Below the pieces are notes generated by a model that did no database searches, had not been told where the DNA came from, and was given only the letters and a program-made list of their open reading frames with translations. Shown here piece after piece: positions 35,874 to 48,069 of a stretch of 64,000 nucleotides of DNA; the first letter of the stretch is position 1, and every line of letters begins with the position of its first letter. The position numbers and the translations under genes are program-made. The stretch is from Camelus ferus (lineage: Eukaryota): the NCBI RefSeq assembly GCF_009834535.1, contig NC_045697.1:107758001-107822000 (forward strand), in the 5' to 3' direction.

Positions 35874-36439
35874 TGCATATCATTTTTAAAGAAACTGTTC
35901 TCCAGAGTGGTTTACCACTTTACATTCCCACCAGCAATATATGAATGACCTAGTTTCTCTGCCTCCTTGTCAACACTTAGCATTGTCATGGTTTTATTTT
36001 AGCTTATTTTGATAGGTGTGTAGTGATACATCATTGTGGTTTTAATTTGTATTTCCCTAATCATTAATAATGTTGAACATCTTTTCATGTGCTTATTTGC
36101 CTTTTGTATATCCTCTTTGGTGAAATATCTGCTCCTGTCTTTTGCCCATTTTTTAATTGAATTACTTGATTTTTTTTTTCTTACTGTTGAGTTTTTGAGT
36201 GTTCTTTAATATCCTAGAGACTAGTCCTTTGTCAGATACGTGGTTTGTGGATGTTTTTGCCAATCTTTAGTTTGTCTTTTTATTTTCTTCATATAGTCTT
36301 TCTTAGAGCAAAAGATTTTTAATTTTGATGAGGTTCAGTTTGTCAGTTTTTCCTTTTATGGATTGTGCCTTTGGTTTCAAGTCTCAGAATTCTTTGCCTA
36401 GCCAGCATGGACTTTTGACTTGTTCCTAGAGACCCTCTA

Positions 36440-36625
36440 ATCCTGACTCTTCCCTTTCCAGGTTAGTAAGCAGAGGCATGTTTCTTAATCTCTCTCTTCC
36501 ATTGTCTCATTCATAAAATGGGGATAGGAGTAGAATTCACCTCTTAGGTTGTTGCCAAGGATTAAGCTGTTACATGTAAGGTGTTTGGATCACGACCTTG
36601 TCAACACTTAATGATTGTTGTTAAT
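36440..36625 (+). mobile_element. MIR fragment
   Basis: ctcattcataaaatggggatagg...cacctcttaggttgttgccaaggattaa. Confidence 0.6.
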
Positions 36626-36644
36626 ATTTATATTGGGGTGTGAT

Positions 36645-36856
36645 CTCCACTCCTAGACCTACTGAATCAGAATCTGAAGGGTTAGGGCTCCAGGAATCTG
36701 CATTACAGCAGGGTTCCCACATGGTTCTTATGAAGGCTTATTTTGTTTTTCAGAGGAGGTACTGGGGATTGAACCCAGAACCTCGTGCATGCTAAGCACT
36801 TGCTTTACCTCTGAGCTCTACCTGACCCACCAAGGCTTAAGTTTTTGAACAGTCAC
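36645..36856. mobile_element. MER5A-like hAT-Charlie fossil, interrupted by a SINE
   Basis: ctcctagacctactgaatcagaatctg...caggaatctgcatt...ggttcttatg|SINE|aagtttttgaacagtcact. Confidence 0.7.
36741..36831 (-). mobile_element. tRNA-Ala(AGC)-derived short SINE (vic-1-like) with 8-bp TSD
   Basis: Reverse complement reads ggtgggtcaggtagagctcagaggtaaagcaagtgcttagcatgcacgaggttctgggttcaatccccagtacctcc plus an A-rich tail, with A and B boxes visible. TSD aaggctta at 36733-36740 and 36832-36839. Confidence 0.88.
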
Positions 36857-37799
36857 TTAGGCTGTCAGTCATTTCTGTTTCTCCATGGTAAGTGAATTCT
36901 CTGGTCTTCTTTAGGGATGTAGTTGGGGCTTCTGCCAAGACAAATGCCTTCTCCCTAAGAGCCCTTTTAGTGTTGCCAGAGACTCACCAGTGTTTCTGTG
37001 GAGTCAAGTTATGGTAGAAGTTTATATCCAGCTGATTCAGTGGCATACTTATTGGGGTCAGGCAGGTGTGAGATCATAGGGAGTGCTGGAGTCTGTGGTA
37101 AACTGGAGCATGGATAGCAACCGTACCTAAAGATCTCCAGATGAAGACAATAGTAATAAAAACATAAATCTGTGGTATGGATTCAGTTTTAATGGTGTTG
37201 CAAAGGTCTGGGGCAGTGTTTTTGTGGAGGTGTGAGCGATGTGGGAGACTCTGTTTGCCATCCTGGGTGTCAATTTTCTTGTAAATAGGCTGCTCAAGGC
37301 CAGTATTTTTTTTTTAAACTGGCTTGTCTACTACAGATTATCATCCAGTGCAAATACTGGAAATTAAACTCCGGAGATACCCTTAGGCCGTATAGATAGT
37401 AGCACATGCTTCCTTTCACAAAAAGAATGACTGGAGGACTTCTCCCACAAGGGATGCAGAAAGACCGAGACGTCCCTCCCAGAGAGACTTCACTGACGTT
37501 CCCTCTAAACTGACATGACTTTGCCTGGAGATATTGTTTTAAGCTAGAAGCCAGCCCTTAAAACCACCACTGGCTTCTTCTCGTAGGTAACAGGAGTTCT
37601 CTTCACCAACCTAAGTGGTTCCCCACTTCGCCAGTTCCTTCCGTTCTCTTTGGAGAGCGCACTGATTTCTCCACACCCTGCTGTCCGGTTGGCCAATTCC
37701 ACGGTTCTCTCTCTCTCTGTCCAAACTTCTCCCACCGCTGAGTTGTGTGCATTGTTACAGTAATTATACACTTCCATCAAGTAACATATAATCTGATGA

Positions 37800-38140
37800 A
37801 ATACGTGAGTGAAAAGGAAGTTGTTTGTTTCTAGGAAGCTGAGTTCTTTGCAAAGACTAAATAAAGGCAAGTCGCTGTAAGACATTCCTGTCAAACTGGA
37901 TATGGAAGAGATAACTCTAAAAGATTGTGAAGATGTTGAAAATATGGAATGATTCTACACTTTGATTTACACTGAGATTTTTCCTCAGCTTCAAGTGGCC
38001 AAACTGGAAATTGTATATTAGACATTACGAGTGTGGTTTGTGCAAGAAAGACAGCTTTAAGCTTCAGTCAGTAGGCCTGTACCTGTAGAAATAGCTCTGG
38101 CCTGTGTGAAAATATTGGCAAATAAATTTGCTTTTTTATG
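37800..38140 (+). mobile_element. Tigger/pogo-family transposase fossil (N-terminal HTH region)
   Basis: Manual translation gives LQRLNKGKSL*DIPVKLDMEEITLKDC and KLEIVY*TLRVWFVQERQL*ASVSRPVPVEIALA. These resemble the two CENP-B-type HTH domains of Tigger transposases and contain stops. Confidence 0.7.
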
Positions 38141-40584
38141 GCTCATGATGAAGTAAGGTGTTTAAAATGTGTGTATATGTCATTGTTAGTGATTCTCTGC
38201 CTTAAATGACATTTTCTATGAATCTGTGAACAAGAATGTCAGGTGCTGTAGCTGTCCCACCCCACAGGGCTGTGTGCTGACCACTGAGGGGCTGGCTGAG
38301 ATGGGTCCACAGTCAAGTTGGGGCTGCAGCCAAGTGAGGGAGAGAGTTCTATTTTCAGAGAAAACAGTGCCCTAAAAGCAAATTATTTATATGTATCTTT
38401 AAAAAACTCTTACTGAAATTTGAAATTTGGCTCTTTTATTTTATACCATAGCTCTATCTAGATTTCCAAATACTCAAATATCGGTAATTGTACATTTGGT
38501 AAAATTAACATTTTGTTTTCTTTTCCTGTGAAAAATTTCTCATAGGAATGATGCTTCTGATTTAATATAAAGTGCTACAAAGTGATTCCTTTTTCAAGTT
38601 CAAGGGTATTCAGAATACAGCATAGCGGTAAAATTGGGTATAATAAATTATCCTTACTCCAGACATGAACTGATAACTTGTTTTCTCTGGGATCTTAGTG
38701 GTAAAAATAAGAAGTCTAGAAAATCAGAAATATCAACCACCTGCTTACATGGCCAACTCTCTGCTGAGCTCCCACTGTACCCTCCGGGTGTGTCCTGCTT
38801 TCTCACAGCAGGCAGGCTGCCCAGCTGCTCAGGTCAACTCAGCTGACCCGCGGCTCCAGGAGTGCCAGCCTCTGTGGCTCTCTGGGCCAGGGATCCTTCT
38901 AAGCAGTGATGTCGAAGGTAGAACAGGCAAGACAATTTAGATGAATAACTACTTAATTTTTTCCTTATATTGACTTTGGTCTGAGTCCATGAGAGAGACA
39001 CAGTTGAACAAAACACCTTCCTTGAAGAAAATTTGGTTTTTGGGTACTCCCTAATGGGTACCAGGGAGGCAGCTGCCCTCGTCATCTGCAGACTATTAGA
39101 TGAAGCTACCGTTGTCACTTTTTGTTTCTCTAGGTCATTTATCTCTTACCTTCAAGAGTGGTTTTTTTTTTTTTTTTTTTTTTTTTTAGCACACCAAACT
39201 GGTATTTAGACCCTCGCTTGTCGTGGCAGCCAAAGACTACACAGAGATAATCACTTACAACTTGTGCCTGGGATGGGCCCAGGAATATTTGTTGAATGAA
39301 TGAATGACTTTGCCTTTGTTTCAACAGACATGGCTTACATCTGCTGATAACTCCAAACGAAGACAGGCATGTATCCGTTAGGTTATTAAAGCATTAAGTT
39401 GAGGGTGGGAATGTTAATGCAGGCATAATGCAGTCCAATTGCCTGGCCTGAGCTGGTAATTGGTCTTCAGCCACAGCATAGACATTTTTGCAGTCCTTTA
39501 TGATTCTTCTTTTCCACCATGAGAGCTCATTCTTTTGAGGCTCATGTCTGTGTCATCACCATCCAATAATATTCATTAAGCTCCTACATGCTGAGTACCA
39601 CCGGGTTCGTCCCTTTTAATGAGCGTGAATGTTTAAGTTGAAGGATAGGCTTTTATGCGACACCGCTTTGTCCTGGAAGGACTAATCTGTGAGTACATAT
39701 GATTTTGGCAGGCTGTTTCCTCAGTTCAGTAAGCTAATTAGATTAATCACATATTTTTGTTGGCAGGCTCTGGCTGCCACTTTAAAAGAAGGGGTAAATC
39801 AGCTTGTCTTTGTGTGGGGAGATGTTATCAGACCTGGGCTCTTTGTCAGTATCAGCCATTAGTGGGTTCTCTATCTTGATTTTGTAAATAGCCACTTCCT
39901 TTCCACAAAAGATGTTTATGCTCTATGATTTCCTGCTAATCAGTTCTGTCACTTACTGTGGTACCCCTTTTCAGTCATCCTTGCTTACATAGGATATAGC
40001 GTGTGATGCCTTTTTGTGTGCTACTATTGGTTAGTTTTTTTTTTTTTTTTGATGCTTTACAAATACATGAATAATCACACTAAACATTTCACAGAATTTA
40101 TAGCAATCAAAATAAAAGGGAATGTTCCTTGCCTGGCTCTCAATGGGTTGTGAGATCTGACAGGGTTCTCCTGCCTTTTTTTTTTGGCTCCCAGGGTTGA
40201 GTGTTTGAGTTCTCTTCATTTTCCCTTCAAAGCGTTTCGATTGGCCGGCTCTCCTTCTCTCCGTGCTGTCACCTGGCTCAGTCCCTCACCGCCACACCAG
40301 CTGCTTTGTCTGTTATCTCTCCATCTCTCAGCCTCTTTTAGCCTCCTTCCCTGGTTATCTGCCACACTCACTTCCTCATATTCCTCTTTTGTCTGGTAAC
40401 CAGAAGAGAGCAGATTTGCTCAGAAATCTTTACTAGCTCCCAACTGCCTAACGCCCTGGAGCTCAGCTCCCTGCCTGGCTCCCATGATCCAGTTCCACGC
40501 CCTCTGTTGGGTTGGGGTGGTTCCTGAACTCTTGGAAAGTCATCCTCTGCTCGGGGTCAGCTTGTTGGCTGCTTCCTGCAGGAT

Positions 40585-40800
40585 GGTGCTGGGGTTAAGA
40601 GCATGTGCACTGGGGTGGAATTAGCTTGGGATCATATGCTGGTTCAGCCACTTACCTGGGGCAGCTAACCTCTCTGGGCCTCATATTTCTCATCTATAAA
40701 TTGGGCATAATGATGGTCCTTCCCTCAGAGAGGTATAAAGTGTGAGTTGTGTATGTTTCTGACACATAGTAAGAATTCAGCAAAAGGGTGAGCTATTAAC
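40585..40800 (+). mobile_element. MIR SINE
   Basis: ggttaagagcatg...ttcagccacttacc...taacctctctgggcctcatatttctcatctataaattgggcataatg. Confidence 0.75.
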
Positions 40801-40849
40801 GTGTTATGCTTATGTGGTCTAAAACACTCCTCTAATAGTTATGTTAGTA

Positions 40850-41075
40850 CTTATATAATGCTTACTACGTGTCCAGCACTTGCTTACATGAATTTGTTTA
40901 ATCCTCACAAGAACTCTGAGGAAAGAATTGATACCAGTCCCATCTCACAGATGAGAAAACTGAGGCTGAGAGAGTTTGAGTGACTTGCCTAAGCTCACAC
41001 AATTGGTAAGTGGCAGGGCTAGAATTTGAACCTAGGAAATCCAGCTCTAGAATTAGTGCTCTTAAGCACTATCCT
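40850..41075 (-). mobile_element. MIR SINE (well preserved)
   Basis: tttaatcctcacaagaactctgagg...cacagatgagaaaactgaggctgagagagtttgagtgacttgcctaagctcacac...gaatttgaacctagg. Confidence 0.9.
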
Positions 41076-41974
41076 ATAAACCTAAATTCTACTTGTGAGC
41101 CCCCTCCAGGAATCTCTTTGACTACATACCCCATAGTGAAGCCTCTCTGTCTGAATCCCTAGTGCATGTAGTCAGCAGAATAAATTTGTAGTTCCTTAAA
41201 TCCTCATTGTTTTCTATTTTCAGTATTGAATATATACTAAAAATTCCTTTGATTACAAAGTTATTGCATGCTAAAATGGAGAATCTGGCATACGGAAACA
41301 TCAAAGAAGAAAATAAAATACACCTGGAGATAACTGCTATTCACATATTATCTGTTCTCCTAATCTTATTTTTAAATATTATACATCTGCACATGACAAT
41401 ATAGGACATATATACACAGTATAATTATGGTCATGCAATGGATATAATTTTGTATCCTGCCTTTCTTGCTTAACATTATAGTGTGAGCATTTGCTTGTGT
41501 CATTATATATTCTAGGTTACCATTATAATGAGTGCAAACAATTTAATTATTTACTATGTCTATGGTGGACATATTATTTACTCACAATTTTTAAATGACT
41601 AACAAATATTTCTACAATTAAATGGGTCACAGGACATGGCTTTAAAAAAGATTTCTGGTATGTATGCAAAATTGCCTTTCAAAGATTGTGCCGATTTATT
41701 TCTTCCACTGTAATAAAACAGTGTTTTATTGAAGCTGCAGGTGTTTCACTGTCCTTGTTGACTACTTGGTGACTGTTCTTGTTGACCAATGACTTTTTGA
41801 TTAGATAATGTGATAGATGATCTAGGGCAAGGATAATGGCTCAAATTGCACTGAACACAAAGTACTTTTAGTAATGAGCACATGGTGTTCCATAAGTACT
41901 TACTTAGTTGATTTTTTGGTAGAGATGTGGTGAGCTTTGTAGAGTTCTAGGGTTTAGGAACTGGAGGAGGCTGT

Positions 41975-42130
41975 ACAAACTATTTACTATAGCCCCATGT
42001 TTTGAAGATAAAGAAAGTGAGACACAGAGAGGTTAAGTAACTTGTCCAAGTTCATACAACTGGTTAGCAGCAGAATGAGTATTAGATTTCTGGTTTTCAA
42101 ACTCATTGATTTTTCTCTGTGTCACACTGT
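41975..42130 (-). mobile_element. MIR fragment
   Basis: gataaagaaagtgagacacagagaggttaagtaacttgtccaagttcatacaactggttag. Confidence 0.75.
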
Positions 42131-43237
42131 TTTTCATTTACCTTAATGACACATCCAGCATCACTCCATCTGGCTTCTCAGACATGGCTGACCAAATTTG
42201 GAGGTGCTGCTTATGACCATAGAACAAAGCAATCAATGCTTGCCTCTCTTTGGGACTCAGCTAAAGGATTCCAATTAGTCTTATCAGACAGTCCAGCTTT
42301 GTCACCATTTCATTCCTCCTTTCCCTACTTAGAGCCTCCCAGGTGCCCATGTTTAACTCAGGTGAAATGGAAGATGTGTGAAGATGGGGACCTGAAATGT
42401 GGCCTGTCCCTGGCAGACAGAGGCCTCAGACTCTGGGAGGTGGCTTAGCATGATTTGTACTTGGAAATAGGCTTCCTTCAGGGATATGAGCTTTGGTGCT
42501 AGTTGCAGCATCTGGCTGGGTGGCCTTCCTCTTCTTCTTCCACGATGTTGAGAAAAGCTGTGGCATGGCATGGAGCTAATCCACGGACACCTGCGCAGCC
42601 TGACGGCACCGTGCTCCAGAAGCCAGCCCTGGAGCCTTCACCTGAATGCAGCTTTCTTCCACAGGGTCGCAAGTGTGCAAGTCCTCACTGCCCTCATTCT
42701 TCGTGCATTTCTCTCAAGAGCACTTGGTTTCCCAGGAAAGTCTGGGTAGGATGGGTCACTCTTTCTATATATCAATATTGTGGGATAAAATGCAAACACA
42801 ATGAATTTTTGCAGTTCAAATCTTTTTTTTTTTTTGATATTGATTGTGATGATTGAGCTATAAAAAGGCTAGCAGCTTCAAGGCTGGAAACACGTTAAAT
42901 TCATATCTCACCTTTATTGCCAATAATTTTGACTAAAATTACCAAGGTAAAATGTTTCCTTACTTTTTTAGTCTCAGAATAACCTACCTTTATCACCCTG
43001 TTCTTAACAAAGAACAAAGAATGTTATTGAAATGATGGCAAGGATTATCTTGCTAGATTAAAATTTTCCTATAAAAATAATCAAAAAAGAAAAACCTGCT
43101 TTGAAAGCCTCTTGCCTTTGGGGAAAGGTGAATGTCTTAATGCTGTTTAATATGCTTCTGAATGAGAAGCTCAGAAAAGGAACTTTTTAAAGATGATTAT
43201 GTCCCATTTATCTTTTAGAAATCTGCTATGGTTTTTT

Positions 43238-43283
43238 TTTTTTTTTCTTATCTATTCTACAGTTTTGAAATCCCAGTCTATCC
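43238..43283 (-). mobile_element. LINE-1 micro-insertion (~37 bp of 3'UTR plus poly-A) with 12-bp TSD
   Basis: TSD ctatggtttttt at 43226-43237 and 43284-43295. The body tctattctacagttttgaaatcccagtctatccc matches 8174-8207 with one mismatch. Confidence 0.9.
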
Positions 43284-43369
43284 CTATGGTTTTTTAAACA
43301 TCGTTGAAATGACAGGTAAAAGTGGGCTTAAATTTTTGGCACAACAACCTGTTTTCCCTTTCTTTTACT

Positions 43370-43620
43370 TACTCATTTGTTTATTCATTAACTTACTCAA
43401 CAGATATTTCTTAAGGGCCTACTGTGTGATGTGCACTGTGTAAGACATCGGGGGATATAGCAGTGAACAAAATATAAACTTTGCTTTCATGGAGTTTAGA
43501 AAAGTCTGGTGGGCAAAAAGTCCAATGTTTCTGGGAAGCCTTCCTAGTAGTGGAGGCATGTCAGCTGAGACCCGAGGAGTGAGAAGAAATCTTAAGACAA
43601 TGTCTACTATGAATAGATCT
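43370..43620 (-). mobile_element. LINE-2 fragment
   Basis: attcattaacttactcaacagatatttcttaagggcctactgtgtg...ggggatatagcagtgaacaaa...tcagctgagacc. Confidence 0.8.
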
Positions 43621-43830
43621 GGAGGTGCCTCGGGAAAGTGGGGACAGACATACAACATGTTAACAAAGGGGGCCATGGAAATCCTCAGGTTTAACTGCAG
43701 ACTCTCTATCTCAGAAACAAAACCAATCTGCTGTTACTTCAGAACCTAAGTGTTGTTTCTCCAGGTGGCCAGGCCTCCTTGGCCAGGGGTGGTTCGAAGT
43801 CTCAGGTTGCGGTCACAGTGGCATTCTTTT

Positions 43831-44330
43831 TTTTTTTTTTTAATTGAAGTATCTCAATTACAATGTGTCAATTTCTGGTGTACAGCACAATGTCCCAGTC
43901 ATGCATATACATACATTTATTTGTTTTTATTCTTTTTCACTGAAGGTTATTACAAGATATTGAACATAGTTCTCTGTGCTATTCTGAAGAAACATTTTTA
44001 AAAATCTATTTTTATATACAGTGACTAACATTTGTAAATCTCAAACTCCCAAATTTATCCCTTCCACACCCCCTTTCCCCAGTAACCATAAGATTATTTA
44101 CTATGTCTGTGAGTCTGTTACTGTTTTGTAGATGAGTTTATAGTGTTCTTTTTCTTTTTTTTGGATTCCACATAAGAGTGATATCATATGACATTTTTCT
44201 TTCTGGCTTACTTAGAACGATGATCTCTAGGTCCATGCATGTTGCTGTAAATGGCATTATTTTATTCTTTTTTTTTTAAAGGCTGAGTAGTATTGCATTG
44301 TATAAATATACCACAACTTCTTTATCCAGG
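43831..44330 (-). mobile_element. LINE-1 3' end (500 bp) with 15-bp TSD
   Basis: TSD cagtggcattctttt (43816-43830) versus cagtgacattctttt (44331-44345), one mismatch. Poly-T and a complete L1 3'UTR are present. Confidence 0.93.
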
Positions 44331-44974
44331 CAGTGACATTCTTTTTGGTTCTCACTTTATCAACTCCAGCAGCTCCAGCTGCTCTGTTCCTGGCCAGTTG
44401 TTCCTTTAGTTTGAAAACCACATAGCATTTCTTTCTTTAGGTTGGCAGTTCTGATTGAAGTGGATTTTTCCCACTCAGAAACCAGGAGAAGATAGTTGTG
44501 ACATGCTTTGTGTAGTGATGCTATAGACTGGCTGTCTTGTCCCCTGAAGAGTTGTCATAAAGGGCTGCAGGCCATCGATTGGTTGCATTATATGTTGTGT
44601 GAGAAGGGGCAGGAGTACCGCAGTACCAGGGCTGGACATGCAGTAGAAAGAAGGGCTCTAGGAAGCAGTCAGTACGCACGTCTCCACTTTAGGGTGAAAA
44701 CAGTGGCTCTCAGAGAAAAGGCCCCCTTTGGAGCAGGCCATGGACTCACAGAAAGAAGCCTAAAAGTTCAAGATCATCTAGTTAATGTACTTTGAACTGT
44801 TAGACACTTTTCCCCCTCAGCAAGATCTGTGGAAATCTAGAATATAAATCTGATAAAAGCCATGAATTGACATCTTAGAGAATTTTAATATTCATTCTTT
44901 TTAAATGCCTGAAACACTGCTTTTCCCAAAAGTTCCTAGGTCCTGGCAGGCACAGACTGAAAAATAGCTCATAG

Positions 44975-45210
44975 TAATAGCTCACTTTTATTAGTGTTTA
45001 CAGTGAGAGACACTGTGCCGAGCACTCACTTGCACAGTTGCGTCCGGTCTCCCTGGCAGCCCTGTGAGGTAGGCACCACTGTCATCATCTCTGCTTTACA
45101 GACTTAGAGAGGTTTAAGGTCCTGCCTAAGGTCACACAGCTAGTAAGTGATGGGAGTTGGACTTGAACCTGGGTCTCCTGGACTCACCAGCCAAAGCCCT
45201 CAATCATCAC
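44975..45210 (-). mobile_element. MIR SINE
   Basis: cagccctgtgaggtagg...ttagagaggtttaaggtcctgcctaaggtcacacagctagtaagtgatgggagttggacttgaacctggg. Confidence 0.85.
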
Positions 45211-45969
45211 GACCTTTCTGAGGTCACATTTGTGGTCAGTGCCAGTGCCAGGATTGGGACCCAGGAATCCTGACCCCTGATCCAGTGTTCTTTGTGTGGA
45301 CCGTAGTGACAGCTGCTTTGGAAATATCAGCTTGATAGTTCATATTTGAGCTAGTTTTCTGGAGAGACAGTTCCCTTAAAACAAAATGTGGTTATAGGAC
45401 ACATGTCCTTCTTTTCACATGGCTGAAGACTAGTTTATTTGAAAGGGAGAGAGCACGTGTTGAAACAGAGGGAGAAAATCTCTCCTTCCTTTTCTCTCCT
45501 CCCTTACTCTTTCTGCTGTTTTCAGGGAACTTGAAAAGTTTTAGAAGAGTTTATTTTTGAAAGAAAAAAGTTAGTAGCTGGGTTAATTTATTTGTCTTAT
45601 TCTTTAGGCTGTTGGTATATGTGTATGTATTTAAAATTATTCAAATTGCCTACCAGTCTAACATAACGGATAAGTGTTTTTAAAATGGTAATCTAAGCAC
45701 GTAGAGTAAAAGCCACTTTTGGTGTTAATTTTTAATATTGGTTTAGGAATCATTCAGTGTTATAAAACACTGAATATTGGAAAACATTGATTTAAATAAT
45801 TTAAGCAGCCTTGGTGTATTGTTTTTATTAGTTTGCCCAGCAAAAGTGATGTTCTTTCTCTGTTTGAAAGCTTGTGACATTTTAAAGAACTCTTATTTTT
45901 AAAAAATCTTTTCTTCTAAGTGTCTTTCATAACCTTAGATAGGTAGGTAGTTTCTCAGAGCTGACTGGT

Positions 45970-46381
45970 AGTGGTGGTGTTCGCTGCAGGTCATCCTGGG
46001 CTGCAGACGCTGAGATGAGATACTGCGTGCAGGAGTTCTTTAGGATATGCTCTTTGAATCTATACTGTGGGGAGAGAAGGAGGCAGCACTGAGCAGAGAG
46101 AGATGGCAGAGGGCTGCACTGAAGTCTCCACGAAGGCCTGGGCTGACCCTGCAGAGGGCTCTGGAGCTGTCCTGACTTGAGGGTCAAGGAGTCACATCCT
46201 CTCTTTATCCTGGCATGGGTGTGGGCTGCCTTCATGGGGAGGGTGTAATCTTAGACGAAGTGGCTGTCTTCAGCAGAGAGTGATTTCTAGAGAGGCTGAC
46301 AGCTAACAGCACTCCTAGCAGCTGGGAGAATAAATCTCTCGGTCCTGGAGAGACTGGGTGGATGCCACAGCATCCAGTACA
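45970..46381 (-). mobile_element. ERVL LTR16-like solo LTR
   Basis: Reverse complement begins tgtactggatgctgtggcatccacccag...ctcccagctgctaggagtgctg, matching the recalled LTR16 5' consensus. Confidence 0.7.
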
Positions 46382-47699
46382 GTGCTGTTAACCCTTCAAA
46401 TTCAGTAAAAGGGTAGGAGAGTGTAGAGAGAGGGTCGTCAGATAATCTTTGTGTGATGAGTAGGGTTTTAAGATAGATGGGGAGTGGTACAAGAAACAAT
46501 CTGTCAACAAATCCAGTTTTCCCGTGTGTGTGTGTATGTGATAAGACAGTTTGATGTATAAGCCTGTAAAAATAGAACCACTGTTAAAATACAATTTACC
46601 TAATTCATGGTGTGATTTATTCTAGTATTAAATTCCAAATCTGGCTAAGTCACAGATTCTTAAATTGCTCACAGAGGAATGTGCCTTGTGTTATAACTAT
46701 CTGAGGAAAAGTCTAGGACCATGCTGCATGGGGAAGATGAGCATGGTTACAGAAATTTTATAAAACAAGGAGCCAAACTGCAGAATCAGATCCACAGGGA
46801 GGATTTCATGTAAGAAATAATGACCTGAATTTTTATTTAAAATAGCGCATGATTTTATATTTCATAAACAATTACTGAAAAACACGTGCAGTTACATTTT
46901 AATTTGCTAATTTAAATTATATACAGAAAGTTACCATAGATATATAACTGAATTTATGAGCTTTTCCCCACAATATTGATCAGTATATACCATATGAAAA
47001 GGAAAATACAATAATGTTTGGGATCAGCATTTTGGGTAATGCATCTTGCAATAGATTTGAACATCTCCACTCTCTTAGAACTAAAGTGATGAATCAGGAT
47101 ATATTAAATGGCTCATATTTGTGTTTTATTTCTTTTTTTAACTAGTAGGATAATCAGTTTTATTAATCTTTCTAACATGCATTGGAATTGCTAACCAGTT
47201 GGATTTTATTTGTGTAGCTAGACCTTATGTAAGCAGGGAAATTTCACAGCATCTCCACAGGCTGAAGTTTTCTAGACTCTTGGATACGTAGCGTGACTAG
47301 CTGACTCGTGGTCCCAGCTTCTTCAAGCCACTGTTTTTTTGCCTAGCCCCAAACTTTTAACCTCCCTGAAATTTGAATTTGTGATAGGTACAAATTCTCT
47401 TTTGTGGACCTTATGGTAAAACAAATAAACAAATGGAGATACTTCATTAGGGCCTGGAATGCAGGGAATCACATCATATTTTCATTTCATATTTCGACCA
47501 TGCTTCTCATTTGCTTAGGTGACCTGCTTCCCTGGGTCACCCTCAGATGTATTCCTGTACTGTCATGGTATCAGTGAAGGAGCCTGGCCTTGGTGAAGCC
47601 CATCCCCATTTCCTCTCCTGACCACGGCTGCACATTTACTCTTCCTCTCTCCCATCCGGTCTTCCTAGTTCTCGCAGCCCTCCTGACTCAGCTTCTTGT

Positions 47700-47860
47700 T
47701 AATGCCACTATTCACTTTTCTCTAAGCTTCAGTTTCTTCATCTGTAAAATGAGTATGACATTCCCTGCCTCACTGGGTGGTTGTGAGAATTAAACAGGCG
47801 GTTTAATGTGGTGCCTGGCAAGGAGTACCCAGTAAGTGGCATCCCTTCCCACTGGGGGCT
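47700..47860 (+). mobile_element. MIR fragment
   Basis: ctctaagcttcagtttcttcatctgtaaaatgag...cctgcctcactgggtggttgtgagaattaaac...gtgcctggca. Confidence 0.8.
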
Positions 47861-48069
47861 ATTACTGTTACCTGACATGACAGGACCCCCCCCGCCAGTA
47901 AGCCGCTTATTCCCTGAGGCCTGGGACTGGATTTTATTCACATGCTCAACATGGCATATCTTGGGCAGCAGACAATGCTTATTGAATCACCTATGAATAA
48001 TATAAGATGTGATTCCCTACCCTCAAAGAGACTAGAGTCTGGTTCTGAAAGAACTATAATACAAAGCAA

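Larger units (their letters stand above)
33890..36403 (-). mobile_element. Old LINE-1 (L1MC-like) 3' region hosting two younger L1 insertions
   Basis: ttgagataattgtgaattc...aagaaatagtacagaga...tttacccatttt...ttttttcactcagcattattccctg. Resumes at ~35874 with aagaaactg...ttacattcccaccagcaa and runs to aattctttgcctag. Confidence 0.85.

Noticed and set aside
36741..36831. Functional tRNA-Ala gene
   Set aside because: The acceptor and D stems are degenerate, and an A-rich tail and TSD mark it as a retroposed SINE.
45752..45775. 10-bp perfect hairpin attcagtgtt/aacactgaat
   Set aside because: Short, AT-rich and isolated, so expected by chance at this window size.
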